From: Candidatus Omnitrophota bacterium
GTDB lineage: Bacteria > Omnitrophota > Gorgyraeia > Tantalellales > Tantalellaceae
Length of the DNA stretch: 64,000 nucleotides
Reading direction: 5' to 3'
Assembly (NCBI GenBank): GCA_043823005.1
Contig: JBDRBG010000013.1
Location: 25,233 to 89,232, forward strand
Part shown: positions 1 through 13,418 of the stretch, piece after piece
Layout of the letters: each line of letters opens with the position of its first letter
How positions within the stretch are numbered: position 1 is the first letter of the stretch
Program-made: the position numbers and the translations under genes
The notes under the pieces: model-generated
What the model was told of the DNA's origin: nothing
Seen by the model: only the letters and a program-made list of their open reading frames with translations
The model's database searches: none

Positions 1-780
1 CAATCCCTTTCCCAGGGTAGGGTTTATTCGTACAGCAACCGGAATAGTAAGAGGTTTAAGGATTAAAGCAAAATATCGGTTTTTGGTCGCGACCCCTGTA
101 ATATATCCTGTTTTTTCCTGCGCCTGCTTTAAGGCTTTAACCTTCCAAACTTTTCCATCAATAAGCGCGTCTGCTTCTAAAAAACTCCTCCCAACAATTT
201 GCCCTGATTGTTCAAGAGAACAAGGGCCTATCATAGTATAATCGCTTCCAGTGCTATGAGAAGAAATGTTTTTAGTTTCTATAACAGCAGTTATAACTTC
301 CGCTTCTTTTTGAAAGTTATATGTTTTTGTTATTTCTATATTATTTTCTATTACTAGTTTATATTGTATAATATTATTGTTTAATATTAGTTCATATTTT
401 TTGTTGTCTAACCCTTTTGCTCTATTGCTTTTCAAGGAAAATAAGCCACTGGCGCTTTGCGTTAAATCCAACAAAACTAAGCTCTTATTGTTCTCTGTAT
501 ATTTTTTCAATAATATCTTTTTAAGTGCTCCGCCTCTATCAGAAAAAATAAAAGTATGCGTGTCTGTTTGAACCTCTGTCAAGTTTTCTTGAACAGACGG
601 AAAATCTTGCCGCTCTTCTGTCTCTGTTGTCTCAGCAAAAGATCCGGTCAACAGCTCTTGCTTATTACCTTCAACAGCGGCTATTGTCCCTACATCCACG
701 GGTTGAACTGGTTTCATTCTCTGAAAAACAACCAAAACCAATAACGATAACGCCATTGCGATTATTAATCTTTTTTCCAT
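1..780 (-). CDS. yidC: membrane protein insertase YidC, N-terminal 260 codons; 3' end lies beyond the window start
   Basis: Reverse-complement of 721-780 reads [20 protein letters not shown]. The open frame runs to the window edge with the codon boundary at position 1 and follows yidD in the conserved rpmH-rnpA-yidD-yidC order. It is absent from the ORF track because it has no in-window stop. Confidence 0.7.
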   Translation of the reverse strand, partial: MEKRLIIAMALSLLVLVVFQRMKPVQPVDVGTIAAVEGNKQELLTGSFAETTETEERQDFPSVQENLTEVQTDTHTFIFSDRGGALKKILLKKYTENNKSLVLLDLTQSASGLFSLKSNRAKGLDNKKYELILNNNIIQYKLVIENNIEITKTYNFQKEAEVITAVIETKNISSHSTGSDYTMIGPCSLEQSGQIVGRSFLEADALIDGKVWKVKALKQAQEKTGYITGVATKNRYFALILKPLTIPVAVRINPTLGKGL

Positions 781-1019
781 ATAACTTTTCCTCTATTATT
801 TTGTTTATTAGTAATAATGGGGTCATACCCGCCCGGGGAAAACGGATTGCATCTTAATATCCGCCAGAAAGCATAGATAGCTCCTCTAAACAATCCATAT
901 TGTTCGATTGCATTAACCGCATATTCTGAACATGACGGCAGAAACCTGCAACTCTTTTTAAAATAAGGGCTTATGTGTTTTTGGTAGCACCTTATCGCTT
1001 TAATAGTTATGTTTTTCAC
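765..1019 (-). CDS. yidD: membrane protein insertion efficiency factor YidD
   Basis: 84 aa with the [11 protein letters not shown]...[12 protein letters not shown] motif typical of YidD, located between rnpA and yidC. Confidence 0.85.
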   Translation of the reverse strand: MKNITIKAIRCYQKHISPYFKKSCRFLPSCSEYAVNAIEQYGLFRGAIYAFWRILRCNPFSPGGYDPIITNKQNNRGKVIWKKD

Positions 1020-1369
1020 ACTATCAACCCTTTTTTCTCAGTAAGATTTTTTAGTTCTTTTCTGATTTCTCGCGATAAAGCTGTTTTGGACAAACTTCTG
1101 GTGTTTTTTTCAAGCCTTACAATTATATCCGCTTCTTTATTAAAGGCTTGTCCGTGTTTACTAAAATACGCATATATAATCCGGCGCATATAGTTCCTGT
1201 CTACTGCTTTAGGGGCAAATTTTTTCGATATTATAATTCCGACCCTTATTAGAGCCGACTTTTTTTCTCCCGGTCGTATCCGGACAGAAACCAGTTCTTC
1301 GCTTTCTTTTCGGCTTGTCTTAAGGATATCCGCGAAATCCCTTGTCTTTAGCAAGTGTTTTACTTTCAC
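1016..1369 (-). CDS. rnpA: ribonuclease P protein component
   Basis: 117 aa basic protein ([23 protein letters not shown]) that follows rpmH. It has a GTG start overlapping the rpmH stop (GTGA). Confidence 0.85.
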   Translation of the reverse strand: MKVKHLLKTRDFADILKTSRKESEELVSVRIRPGEKKSALIRVGIIISKKFAPKAVDRNYMRRIIYAYFSKHGQAFNKEADIIVRLEKNTRSLSKTALSREIRKELKNLTEKKGLIV

Positions 1370-1503
1370 GCGGATAAAACTTTCTGTCCTTTGCTTCTTT
1401 TTCTATTTAAAATCGCCTGTCCCCCCTTACTCTTACTGCGTACACGAAACCCGTGTTTTCTTTTTCTTTTTAAATTAGATTTTAGTTTTATATTTTTTTT
1501 CAC
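1366..1503 (-). CDS. rpmH: 50S ribosomal protein L34
   Basis: Hand-translated minus-strand ORF below the ORF-track size cutoff: [45 protein letters not shown]. It has a GTG start preceded by AAGGGG, and the KRKRxHGFR core matches L34. Confidence 0.8.
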   Translation of the reverse strand: MKKNIKLKSNLKRKRKHGFRVRSKSKGGQAILNRKRSKGQKVLSA

Positions 1504-1736
1504 CGTTATTCCCCTTTCTTGGTCCAAAAATAAGATTTCTGATTATATCATACTTATATATCAAGTCAAGGTAAATAACATCTCTATATCTCCCTGCTTT
1601 TTTACATCCCTGCTTTTTTATCTTTTTTTTTCTTTCCCGGCATTTTTTCTTGTTTTTAGCGTTTAAAAAAAACTTGCATTGTTTAATTTAAACATATATA
1701 ATGTGCTTATTGTTTTCTTTGTTTTTGTTCTCAGCC

Positions 1737-1745
1737 TGTGGATAA
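1737..1745 (-). promoter_or_regulatory. consensus DnaA box (TTATCCACA) upstream of dnaA, next to an AT-rich stretch at 1440-1700
   Basis: TGTGGATAA on the plus strand, the exact reverse complement of the DnaA box, in the rpmH-dnaA intergenic region. Confidence 0.6.
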
Positions 1746-1837
1746 CTTGTTGATATTTTGTTTTTTACCTGTGAAAAAGCCTTGTTTCCTGTTAATAACC
1801 TTTTCTCAAGCTTTTTCCTTATTTTTTAAAGACTTTT

Positions 1838-3244
1838 ATGGATATTATTTGGCAAAAATCTCTTTCCATCATAAAAACTCACATCAATGAACAAGTCTTT
1901 ACTGCTTGGTTTTTGTGTATTTCTCCGGCTTCGATGGATGAAGACTCCATAACATTAGGCGTTCCTAATAAATTCTTTGAAAACTGGATAAGAGAAAAAC
2001 ATATGGCCTTAATCTTATCCTCGGTTAAAGAAAGCGCTGGAAAACCGCTAAAAGTTAAATTTAAGATTGTAGAGATTCCTCAAGCTTTATCACCTCAAAA
2101 TTTTCTGGAACAGCCCGATTCTTCGCATATATCAACAATGAAAGAAAAAGAAGGAGCAGTAGGCTGGCTAAAGTCCGTCTTTTCCTCGACCCGGCAAGTC
2201 CCGGAAAGCCGCTACCAGGAAATCGGGCTAAACCCACAATATACCTTTGATAATTTTGTAATAGGACAAAGCAATCGTTTTGCTCACGCCGCGTCTTTGG
2301 CTGTCTGTGAAAATCTCTCAAAAGTATACAATCCTCTTTTTCTTTACGGCGGTGTGGGTCTGGGGAAAACCCACTTAATGCACGCGATAGGCCACGAATC
2401 TCTTAAAAAATATCCTAGAGCTAAAATTTTATATATTTCCAGCGAAGAATTTACTAACCAGCTTATACACGCTATCAGAACAAGAACTACTCAAAAATTC
2501 AGATCCATGTATCGAAACGTAGATGTTCTTCTTATAGATGACATCCAGTTTATCGCGGGAAAAGATTCTACACAGGAAGAATTTTTTCATACTTTTAATT
2601 CTTTGCATGATTCTCATAAACAGATTGTTTTGTGCAGCGACCGCTCTCCTCAAAAAATAAACGGATTGGAAGAGCGCCTGGTATCAAGATTTGCGTGGGG
2701 GTTGATCGCGGACATACAATTGCCGGACTTTGAAACACGAATGGCAATTTTAGAAAAGAAAAGTGAAAACGCGGCCGTTAAAGTAACTAACGAAGTTCTT
2801 TGTTTTTTAGCGGAACACATAAAAACCAATATCCGTGAAATGGAAGGAGCCCTTATCCGTGTAGTAGCTTATTCCAAACTTACAGGACAAGCCATGTCTC
2901 CCGGATTAGCCAGAGAAGTTCTTGGCGAAATGATATCCGCTGAAAAAAAAAGAATAACAATTTCTAATATACAAAAGACTGTTGCTGACTTTCACGGAAT
3001 AAATGAATCTGATATGAAAACTAAAAAAAGAACACGGGCGCTTGCGTACCCCCGGCAGATAGCTATGTACCTTGCCAGGGATTTAACTCCCCATTCTTTA
3101 CCGGATATAGGCACTTTTTTCGGGGGCAGAGACCACACAACGGTTCTGCATGCTTGTGATAAAATTGAAACAGAAATGAAAAATAAAAAAGAAACTCTGG
3201 CTGTAGTAAAAAACCTTACGTCTTTACTGAAAAACGGAAAATAA
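1838..3244 (+). CDS. dnaA: chromosomal replication initiator DnaA
   Basis: 468 aa with the AAA+ Walker A motif GVGLGKTHLMHAIGHE and the C-terminal DNA-binding domain. Confidence 0.95.
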   Translation: MDIIWQKSLSIIKTHINEQVFTAWFLCISPASMDEDSITLGVPNKFFENWIREKHMALILSSVKESAGKPLKVKFKIVEIPQALSPQNFLEQPDSSHISTMKEKEGAVGWLKSVFSSTRQVPESRYQEIGLNPQYTFDNFVIGQSNRFAHAASLAVCENLSKVYNPLFLYGGVGLGKTHLMHAIGHESLKKYPRAKILYISSEEFTNQLIHAIRTRTTQKFRSMYRNVDVLLIDDIQFIAGKDSTQEEFFHTFNSLHDSHKQIVLCSDRSPQKINGLEERLVSRFAWGLIADIQLPDFETRMAILEKKSENAAVKVTNEVLCFLAEHIKTNIREMEGALIRVVAYSKLTGQAMSPGLAREVLGEMISAEKKRITISNIQKTVADFHGINESDMKTKKRTRALAYPRQIAMYLARDLTPHSLPDIGTFFGGRDHTTVLHACDKIETEMKNKKETLAVVKNLTSLLKNGK

Positions 3245-3250
3245 ATAACC

Positions 3251-3363
3251 TGTGGATATACTCCAATTTATCAACAAACTATCCACAAGGGAACGGATAT
3301 TTCATCCACAGGTTATCCTTGGTGGAAAGCTTTACAGCACAACGAGTTCCGCTGTTATCCACA
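3251..3363 (+). promoter_or_regulatory. cluster of four DnaA boxes in the dnaA-dnaN spacer (probable oriC part)
   Basis: TGTGGATAT at 3251-3259, CTATCCACA at 3279-3287, TCATCCACA at 3302-3310 and a perfect TTATCCACA at 3355-3363. Confidence 0.65.
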
Positions 3364-3446
3364 GGTTTTCAGTAGCTTACTATTAAGACTACGGCTATTT
3401 TTTAAAAAAGATAACAACGGTAACAGTAATAAAACGAGGAGGCTTC

Positions 3447-4550
3447 ATGAATTTAAATGTATCTAAAGAATCTCTTATAGAAGGTATTCAAATTGTTCAA
3501 AACGCGGTTTCTTTGAAAAGTAGTCTTCCTATTTTAAGTAATGTTTTAATCGATGTTACTGGCGGGACAATGAAAATGACAGCTACTGATTTAGATATAG
3601 GAATTTCCGCGACAATATCAGTAGAATGTGAACAAGAAGGATCGATCACTGTTCCTGCCCGGAAATTTTTTGATATAATAAGAGCTTTGCCTGATGGAAG
3701 CGAGATCGCTATTACTTTAAAAAAGAACAATTTTGTCAGCATAAAAAGCGGGAAATCCGCCTTTAAAATAATAGGTTTACCTAAAGAAGAATTTCCTCAG
3801 CTGCCTCTATTTAAAAATAAAGACAGTATAACTATAAATCAAAAAAAATTAAAGGAGATGCTAACTCTTACTGATTTTGCTGTAAGTAAAGATGATACAA
3901 GGTACATACTAAACGGCCTTTTATTTAATATTAAAGAAGATAAAATAAGGCTTGTAGCAACAGACGGAAGAAGACTAGCCGCCATAGACCGAACGCTGAC
4001 AACTAAAACCTTAACCGAAAAAAAGGCTATAATTCCAACGAAAGCGCTTGTTGAAGTAAAGCGGATGCTGAAAGACGAAGGAGACATTAAAATAGAGTTC
4101 AGTGAGAACCAGGTTCTTTTTGATTTTTCGAATAGTTTTATCATATCAAGAATGATAGAAGGAGAATATCCTAATTATCAAAATGTAATTCCGGAAAAGA
4201 CACAGCAGGAAATCAGAGTTTCAAGAGAAGCGTTTTTATCAGCAACAAAAAGGGCCAGCATTTTTACCGATCAGGATTCTATGGCTATAAAACTGGATAT
4301 AAAAAAGAAAAAAATGACAATATCCAAAAACACCCCTTATTTGGGAGAAGCTAAAGAGGAAATAGATATAGAGTATACGGGAACAGAGGATATTGAAATA
4401 GGATTTAATCCTAAATATCTTATAGATGTTTTAAAATGTCTGGACGGGGAAGAAGTGGCTTTAGAAGTAACGTCTCCTAATAAGCCCGGAGTTATACGCT
4501 GGGGAGATGAATATACTTATGTTATATTGCCGATGCAGTTGACAACGTAA
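3447..4550 (+). CDS. dnaN: DNA polymerase III beta sliding clamp
   Basis: 367 aa preceded by an AGGAGG ribosome-binding site and located after dnaA. It has a three-domain clamp-like sequence. Confidence 0.93.
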   Translation: MNLNVSKESLIEGIQIVQNAVSLKSSLPILSNVLIDVTGGTMKMTATDLDIGISATISVECEQEGSITVPARKFFDIIRALPDGSEIAITLKKNNFVSIKSGKSAFKIIGLPKEEFPQLPLFKNKDSITINQKKLKEMLTLTDFAVSKDDTRYILNGLLFNIKEDKIRLVATDGRRLAAIDRTLTTKTLTEKKAIIPTKALVEVKRMLKDEGDIKIEFSENQVLFDFSNSFIISRMIEGEYPNYQNVIPEKTQQEIRVSREAFLSATKRASIFTDQDSMAIKLDIKKKKMTISKNTPYLGEAKEEIDIEYTGTEDIEIGFNPKYLIDVLKCLDGEEVALEVTSPNKPGVIRWGDEYTYVILPMQLTT

Positions 4551-4599
4551 CGTTGGTAGGGGAGGGGCATGCCCCTCCCTAAAAAGGATAAAGAAAAAA

Positions 4600-7418
<2,819 letters not shown>

Positions 7419-7446
7419 AAAGGAAAGAAGAAGAGAAAGGATCGAA

Positions 7447-9915
7447 ATGTATACGCGTAACGAAAAAATAGTACCTATTCACATAGAAGAGGAGATGAAA
7501 GATTCCTATATAAATTATGCGATGAGCGTAATTGTAGGAAGGGCCTTACCTGATGTCCGCGATGGATTAAAACCGGTGCACAGAAGAATTCTCTATGCGA
7601 TGAAAGATATGGGGATAGTTTATAATAAACCCTTTAAAAAAAGCGCCAGGATCGTGGGAGAAGTTCTTGGGAAATATCATCCGCACGGGGATTCCGCGGT
7701 ATATGACGCGCTGGTAAGAATGGTACAGGACTTTTCTCTCAGGTATCCGCTGATTAACGGACAGGGAAATTTTGGATCCATAGACGGCGATCCTCCGGCA
7801 GCTATGAGGTATACAGAGGCCAGAACACAGCAGATAACAGAATGGCTTTTAAAGGATCTGGAAAAAGAGACAGTGGGTTTTAAAGCGAACTTTGACGGAT
7901 CGCTTAAAGAACCGGAAATATTACCGGCAGTTCTGCCGAATCTTTTGATTAACGGATCCAGCGGGATCGCCGTAGGAATGGCTACGAATATACCGCCGCA
8001 TAATTTAAGAGAGATAGTCGACGCTGTCTGTTACCTTATAGATAATCCGGAGTGCAAAGTAAATGATTTAATCAAAATAGTGACAGGTCCTGATTTCCCA
8101 ACAGGAGCCCTTATCTGCGGACGGGAACCAATAAGACAAGCGTATAGAACGGGAAGAGGCGCTTTAAAAATGCACGCGAAAGCGCATGTAGAACAAAAAA
8201 AACAGGGCAGAGAAAGCCTTGTGATAACGGAGATACCTTATCAGGTGAACAAGACAAGACTGATAACCGCTATAGTCGATCTGGTGAAAAACAAAAAAGC
8301 GGAAGGAATCGTGGATATCAGGGACGAATCGGATCGGGACGGAATGCGCATTGTCGTGGATATAAAAAGAGGGGTGAACGCGGAGGTTATCTTGAACCAG
8401 CTCTATAAACACACGCAGATGCGGGAGACTTTTGGGGTAATAATGCTGGCAATCGTTGATGGTCAACCCAGGGTTCTTAACCTTAAAGAAACTTTGGAGC
8501 TTTTTATAAAACACAGAAAAGAAATAATAACAAAAAGAACCAAATTCGATCTTAGACGGGCGGAAGAAAGGGCGCACATTCTTGAAGGATTGAAAATAGC
8601 GATAAAAAATTTGGATGAAATAATAAAAGTAATAAGGACATCCAAAGATCCGGAAACAGCAAAACAAAAACTTATGGAGAAATTTATACTGACAGAAAGA
8701 CAAGCGCTGGCAATACTGGCTATGAGGCTTCAACAGCTTACAAATCTTGAAACAGAAAAAATAGAAAAAGAATATCTGGAACTTCTTAAAACTATTGAAA
8801 GGTTACAAGGAATTTTATCCAGCGGAAAAAAAGTAATGGATATCATAAAAGAAGAGTCTTTGGAAATAAAAGAAAAATTCGGAGACGCAAGAAGGACAGA
8901 AATAACAACAGACGAGGAAGACATAGAGATGGAGGACCTTATAGCCGAAGAAGATATGGTAATAACCCTGAGTCACGCCGGTTATATCAAGAGGTTTCCT
9001 GTAAGCTCTTACAAGAGACAGAGAAGGGGAGGCAAAGGAGTCACAGGAGCAGAAACAAAAGAGGAAGATTTTATAGAGCACTTGTTTGTCGCGTCAACGC
9101 ATGATTATATGCTTATTTTTACAAGCGACGGCAAAGTGCACTGGATAAAGGTGCATGAATTGCCTCAGGCAGGGCGAAGAACAAAGGGACGTCCTATTAT
9201 AAACCTTTTGGGAATATCCAGCGGAGAAAGCATAACATCTGTTGTTCCTGTCAGAGAGTTTACAGAAGGACAATTTGTTGTTATGGCTACGGAAGATGGG
9301 AAAATAAAGAAAACGCCGCTCACAGCTTTCCGAAATCCCCGACAAGGCGGGATTATCGCCATAACTCTTGGCAAAGGAGATAAACTTATAGGATCTGTTC
9401 TTTCCAGCGGCGAGGATGAGATATGTTTGGCAACATCCGACGGAAAAGCTATCCGGTTTAAGGAAAAAGGGATAAGAGCCATGGGAAGAAGCGCTCAGGG
9501 TGTTAAGGGAATATCTCTGGGGAAAAAAGACAGAGTTATAGGGATGGTAAGAGTGGATTTGGAAGGAAACCTTTTATCTATAACGGAAAAAGGCCTTGGG
9601 AAAAGAACATCTTTTGAAGAATATCGATTGCAGGCAAGAGGCGGGAGCGGCGTAATAAACATGAAAATAGTGGAGAAAAACGGAAAAGTTGTAAGTGTCA
9701 AAGCCGTAAAAGACGAACACGAAATCATGCTTATTTCAACACAAGGTATGGTTGTAAGAGTCGCGGTTAACGGAATAAGCAAAATCGGAAGGAGTACCCA
9801 GGGCGTAAGGGTTATTAACCTGAAACCCGGGGATAAAATAACCTCTGTGGCGTATGTTGTCTCAAAAACCGAAGAAGAAGAGGAAGAAACTGTCGCGGGA
9901 GAAGAAGAATCATAA
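7447..9915 (+). CDS. gyrA: DNA gyrase subunit A
   Basis: The track ORF starts at 7408, but the conserved N-terminus [29 protein letters not shown] begins at the ATG at 7447 and is preceded by AAAGGA. It has the active-site region and an acidic C-terminal tail. Confidence 0.93.
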   Translation: MYTRNEKIVPIHIEEEMKDSYINYAMSVIVGRALPDVRDGLKPVHRRILYAMKDMGIVYNKPFKKSARIVGEVLGKYHPHGDSAVYDALVRMVQDFSLRYPLINGQGNFGSIDGDPPAAMRYTEARTQQITEWLLKDLEKETVGFKANFDGSLKEPEILPAVLPNLLINGSSGIAVGMATNIPPHNLREIVDAVCYLIDNPECKVNDLIKIVTGPDFPTGALICGREPIRQAYRTGRGALKMHAKAHVEQKKQGRESLVITEIPYQVNKTRLITAIVDLVKNKKAEGIVDIRDESDRDGMRIVVDIKRGVNAEVILNQLYKHTQMRETFGVIMLAIVDGQPRVLNLKETLELFIKHRKEIITKRTKFDLRRAEERAHILEGLKIAIKNLDEIIKVIRTSKDPETAKQKLMEKFILTERQALAILAMRLQQLTNLETEKIEKEYLELLKTIERLQGILSSGKKVMDIIKEESLEIKEKFGDARRTEITTDEEDIEMEDLIAEEDMVITLSHAGYIKRFPVSSYKRQRRGGKGVTGAETKEEDFIEHLFVASTHDYMLIFTSDGKVHWIKVHELPQAGRRTKGRPIINLLGISSGESITSVVPVREFTEGQFVVMATEDGKIKKTPLTAFRNPRQGGIIAITLGKGDKLIGSVLSSGEDEICLATSDGKAIRFKEKGIRAMGRSAQGVKGISLGKKDRVIGMVRVDLEGNLLSITEKGLGKRTSFEEYRLQARGGSGVINMKIVEKNGKVVSVKAVKDEHEIMLISTQGMVVRVAVNGISKIGRSTQGVRVINLKPGDKITSVAYVVSKTEEEEEETVAGEEES

Positions 9916-9924
9916 AAAAAAGTG

Positions 9925-9953
9925 TTGCAAAGAAGGGGGCTATTGTGTAGAAT
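9925..9953 (+). promoter_or_regulatory. candidate sigma70-type promoter for tRNA-Glu
   Basis: TTGCAA, a 17-nt spacer, then TAGAAT, located 75 nt upstream of the tRNA. Confidence 0.4.
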
Positions 9954-10028
9954 AGCTTTTCTTGTGATGCTTTAAACTGAAAGACAGTGGTTTAGTGTAT
10001 CAGAAAAAAGAAAGCTTACAGACTTTGC

Positions 10029-10106
10029 GTCCCCATCGTCTAGCCCGGTCTAGGACACCAGATTTTCATTCTGGCGACAGGGGTTCGAATCCCCTTGGGG
10101 ATACCA
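10029..10106 (+). tRNA. tRNA-Glu (anticodon TTC)
   Basis: Cloverleaf closely resembling E. coli tRNA-Glu (GTCCCC...GGGGTTCGAATCCCC...CCA). The anticodon loop is TTTTCAT and CCA is encoded. Confidence 0.85.
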
Positions 10107-10263
10107 ATATTTCACAAAAGGCCTTTTCCGAAATTTATAAGGGAAGGCCTTTTTGTGTAGAGGGAGAGTGAAAAGCAGCGGCAAGCGTTATTTGGTAGAC
10201 ATTTGACGGTTAGCTGTTTGATAGTAAACGGTCAACGAACTAACGGTTAACCGTCAACTAAAA

Positions 10264-10302
10264 CCGTCTTTGCGAGGGAGCAAGAGCGCCCGCGGCAATC
10301 TA
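10264..10302 (+). repeat. family-1 intergenic repeat (CGTCTTTGCGAGG..GCGGCAATCT)
   Basis: CCGTCTTTGCGAGGGAGCAAGAGCGCCCGCGGCAATCT, preceded by the ACGGTTAACCGT palindrome module. Confidence 0.85.
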
Positions 10303-10364
10303 AAGAAGGGTATAGTCCGGGAGCATATGATATACTACATACGGAAAATACAAAAGAGGTAAAT

Positions 10365-10901
10365 ATGGACATAGAACAGTTATGGGAAAAAGCCCAGGAA
10401 AGAACAGAAGTTATAAGAGGCAGAGTTAAATCTCTCCCGACGTTTATGATTACAAAAGTGCCATATATATTTTTAACAGAATCCGTTATTAACGAAGGAC
10501 ATACAGTGATCAGACAAGGAAAGGTAATTGTGGATAAACCCTTGATCTTTCTGCCGGAAGATCTGCCGCAATTTGAAGGTTTTGATTTTGAGGAAAATTT
10601 CGATTTAGAACAAGGCGCGGTACAGATGTTTTTTCTTATGCGGGGGATACGATTTCCTTCTTTGAAATATAATCATTGTTTAGAGAAACTGGATTTAGAA
10701 GAATTATCTTTAACTAAGAGCATTGAAAAATATAAAAACCAGCTGGAAAGAAAAGAGAACACAACAACAGCGCTTATTATAGGACCGGAAGACTGTTGGC
10801 AGTTTTCCGTGCTTATTTATATGGCCGCTTTAGTGGGGCGATGCGCAAAGACAGATATAATAAACTTTATGGATAAGTTTCGAAACAACAGAGGAAGATA
10901 A
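10365..10901 (+). CDS. hypothetical protein
   Basis: 178-aa ORF immediately upstream of glmS with no recognisable motif. Confidence 0.4.
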   Translation: MDIEQLWEKAQERTEVIRGRVKSLPTFMITKVPYIFLTESVINEGHTVIRQGKVIVDKPLIFLPEDLPQFEGFDFEENFDLEQGAVQMFFLMRGIRFPSLKYNHCLEKLDLEELSLTKSIEKYKNQLERKENTTTALIIGPEDCWQFSVLIYMAALVGRCAKTDIINFMDKFRNNRGR

Positions 10902-10908
10902 CAGAAAA

Positions 10909-12765
10909 ATGTGCGGAATTATAGGATATACAGGAAACCGGGAAGCGGTACAAGTTTTGATGGAAGGATTAAGCCGTCTGGAATACCGCGGGTATGATTC
11001 GGCCGGAGTAGCTGTTCTGGAGGACGGGGAACTCTATCTTCGCAAGAAAAAGGGAAAACTCGCGGTATTGGCCGATGAGCTCAACCGGAATCCGCTTACC
11101 GGAGATACAGGGATAGGCCATACCCGGTGGGCAACGCATGGAGTGCCTAATGATGTAAACGCGCATCCGCATGCGGATAATAGATGTGATATCGCGGTTG
11201 TGCATAACGGAATAATTGAAAATTATCAGGAAATAAAAGAAGAACTTCAACGCAAAGGGTATGTTTTTTCTTCGGATACAGACAGCGAAGTAATCGCGCA
11301 TCTTGTGGCGGATAATTATAGAGGAGACCTCAGAATCGCATTAAAAACAGCGCTTGAAAAACTAAAAGGGTCTTTTGCTATCGGCGCGGTGCATAAAAAA
11401 GAAGCCGGGAGGATTGTGGGTGCTAGAAGGGATAGTCCGTTGATCCTGGGAATCGGGGAAAACGAGCATTTTATCGCAAGCGATATTCCCGCAGTTTTGG
11501 AATACACAAAAAACGTTATATATATAGAAAATAATGAAATGGTAGATTTGCATCCGGACAGATATGAGCTTTATGATATAAAGGGAGAAGAGATAAAGAG
11601 GAGTTCTACTTTTATTAAATGGGACATTTCTCAGGCAGAAAAAAAAGGGTATAAACATTTTATGCTTAAAGAAATTTTTGAACAACCAAAGGTATTAAAA
11701 AATATTTTCAAAGAACGGGTAAAAGCGGGAAAAGTAGAATTCGAAGAACTTGAAATACAGGAAGAAGATTTTAGAAATATTACGAACATAGCGATTGTTG
11801 CCTGCGGAACAGCTTATCACGCGGGACTTACAGCCAAGTATATTCTGGAAAAATACAGCAGGATACCCGTTTGGGTAGACACATCAAGTGAATTCAGATA
11901 CAGGGATCCGATTGTGAACGCGAAGAGCCTGGTTATAGTGATATCTCAATCAGGAGAAACCGCGGATACGCTGGCGGCATTAAGAGAGGCAAAAATACGG
12001 GGAGCCAAAGTTCTGGCAGTGTGCAATGTTCTGGGCAGTTCGATATCCAGAGAAGCAAACGGAGTTATTTATACGCACGCGGGACCCGAGATAGCGGTTG
12101 CTTCTACAAAAGCGTATACAGCCCAGCTGGCGATATTATATCTTTTCGCGTATTATCTCGCGAATATACAAAATAAAAAAGATCGATTTGAGCCGGAATT
12201 TTTAACCGAGATACAAAAAATTCCGGATATGACAGAAGAACTATTAAATGATTATTGCGGAGAAGATAATCAGATCGCAGAGTACGCGGCAAAATTTCAT
12301 GAATATTATCTTGCAAGAAACAATAAGAGCTGTTTTCTTTATCTCGGCAGGAACATTAACTATCCAAACGCTTTAGAAGGAGCTTTAAAACTGAAAGAAA
12401 TTTCTTATATCAGCGCAGAAGGATATCCCGCAGGAGAGATGAAGCACGGGCCCATAGCGTTGATTGACGAGAACCCATGGGTTGTGTGTATCGCTCCTCG
12501 ATCCGAGACGCACGAGAAGATGTTGTCTAATATGCAGGAAATAAAAGCAAGAGGCGGGATAGTTATTGCTATAGTGACAAAAGGGGAAAAAGGGATGAAA
12601 GAAAAAGGAGCGAATTATGTGATAAACATACCGTCGGTCCCGGAATTTTTTTCCCCGCTTTTTGTTGTGCTTCCGCTTCAGCTGTTGGCATACTATGTAG
12701 CGGCGGAGTTTGGATATGATATAGATCAGCCAAGGAATCTCGCGAAATCAGTTACTGTGGAATAA
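10909..12765 (+). CDS. glmS: glutamine--fructose-6-phosphate aminotransferase
   Basis: 618 aa with the N-terminal MCGIIGY Ntn-amidotransferase domain and two SIS domains. Confidence 0.95.
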   Translation: MCGIIGYTGNREAVQVLMEGLSRLEYRGYDSAGVAVLEDGELYLRKKKGKLAVLADELNRNPLTGDTGIGHTRWATHGVPNDVNAHPHADNRCDIAVVHNGIIENYQEIKEELQRKGYVFSSDTDSEVIAHLVADNYRGDLRIALKTALEKLKGSFAIGAVHKKEAGRIVGARRDSPLILGIGENEHFIASDIPAVLEYTKNVIYIENNEMVDLHPDRYELYDIKGEEIKRSSTFIKWDISQAEKKGYKHFMLKEIFEQPKVLKNIFKERVKAGKVEFEELEIQEEDFRNITNIAIVACGTAYHAGLTAKYILEKYSRIPVWVDTSSEFRYRDPIVNAKSLVIVISQSGETADTLAALREAKIRGAKVLAVCNVLGSSISREANGVIYTHAGPEIAVASTKAYTAQLAILYLFAYYLANIQNKKDRFEPEFLTEIQKIPDMTEELLNDYCGEDNQIAEYAAKFHEYYLARNNKSCFLYLGRNINYPNALEGALKLKEISYISAEGYPAGEMKHGPIALIDENPWVVCIAPRSETHEKMLSNMQEIKARGGIVIAIVTKGEKGMKEKGANYVINIPSVPEFFSPLFVVLPLQLLAYYVAAEFGYDIDQPRNLAKSVTVE

Positions 12766-12828
12766 GAAACAACGCGGGGCTTGACCCTGACAAGCGGCTG
12801 GGATATAATAAGCTTTTTAAAATTAATG

Positions 12829-12906
12829 GGGCGATTAGCTCAGCTGGTTTAGAGCGCTACCCTTACAAGGTAGATGTCGTAGGTTCGACTCCTACATCGC
12901 CCACCA
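12829..12906 (+). tRNA. tRNA-Val (anticodon TAC)
   Basis: GGGCGATTAGCTCAGCTGG...CTTACAA anticodon loop...GGTTCGACTCC...ATCGCCCACCA. Confidence 0.85.
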
Positions 12907-12977
12907 GCATTTTCGGCTATGCCAAAAGCCTTGCGCGGAAAAACACTAGAAGGGTAGAGAGGGAGAGCGACCCATAA

Positions 12978-13048
12978 CGTCTTTGCGATGGAGTGAAGGG
13001 GAGCGCGGTCCGCCAGAGGCGGATCCGCCTTTGGCGGACACTCTCGCA
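12978..13048 (+). repeat. family-1 repeat, long form, with GGCGGATCCGCC hairpin module
   Basis: CGTCTTTGCGATGGAG...CGCGGTCCGCCAGAGGCGGATCCGCCTTTGGCGGACA. Confidence 0.8.
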
Positions 13049-13167
13049 GTAAAAGGAAAAAGCTCTTTTAAAAAAGACCAAGCATTTTTCCGGAAACCTT
13101 TTTTTGTGAAGAACTAATAAATTTGACGAAAAAAGGTTTCTGTGCTATAAATAAAAACACATTTTTA

Positions 13168-13244
13168 GGGGTGGTAGTTCAGTTGGCTAGAACGTCGGAC
13201 TGTCGATCCGAAGGTCGCGGGTTCAAGCCCCGTCCGCCCCGCCA
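13168..13244 (+). tRNA. tRNA-Asp (anticodon GTC)
   Basis: GGGGTGGTAGTTCAGTTGG...CTGTCGA anticodon loop...GGGTTCAAGCCCC...CCGCCCCGCCA. Confidence 0.85.
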
Positions 13245-13248
13245 TAAA

Positions 13249-13286
13249 AATAAGGCAGCTTTTTAAAAAGCTGCCTTATTTTTTCA
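13249..13286 (+). terminator. rho-independent terminator after tRNA-Asp
   Basis: Perfect 9-10 bp stem TAAGGCAGC/GCTGCCTTA followed by a T-run. Confidence 0.7.
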
Positions 13287-13365
13287 GAGAGAGAAACAAT
13301 TCAAAGGACTGTTTCGAAATACCCTAAAAGTGTCATGTGTCAAAAGCCAACTTTTGTCTTTGCGA

Positions 13366-13418
13366 GGGAGCGAAGCGACCGCGGCCCTCCTTAGGCGGAT
13401 CCGCCTTTGGCGGACAAT
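13366..13418 (+). repeat. family-1 repeat, long form
   Basis: GTCTTTGCGAGGGAGCGAAGCGACCGCGGCCCTCCTTAGGCGGATCCGCCTTTGGCGGACA. Confidence 0.85.

Noticed and set aside
8164-8733. 189-aa minus-strand ORF inside gyrA, plus several shorter ones at 8463-9782
   Set aside because: Shadow ORFs opposite the gyrA frame with no ribosome-binding site. The Cys/Phe-rich composition is implausible for a protein.
10107-10364. Conserved-looking non-coding block after tRNA-Glu considered as a structured ncRNA
   Set aside because: It is composed of the ACGGTTAACCGTCAAC module (also at 34124-34148) plus a family-1 repeat. It is therefore better explained as repeat modules than as a specific ncRNA gene.
10902-10908. 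glmS ribozyme / riboswitch upstream of glmS
   Set aside because: Only 7 nt separate the upstream ORF from the glmS start, so there is no room for a structured leader.
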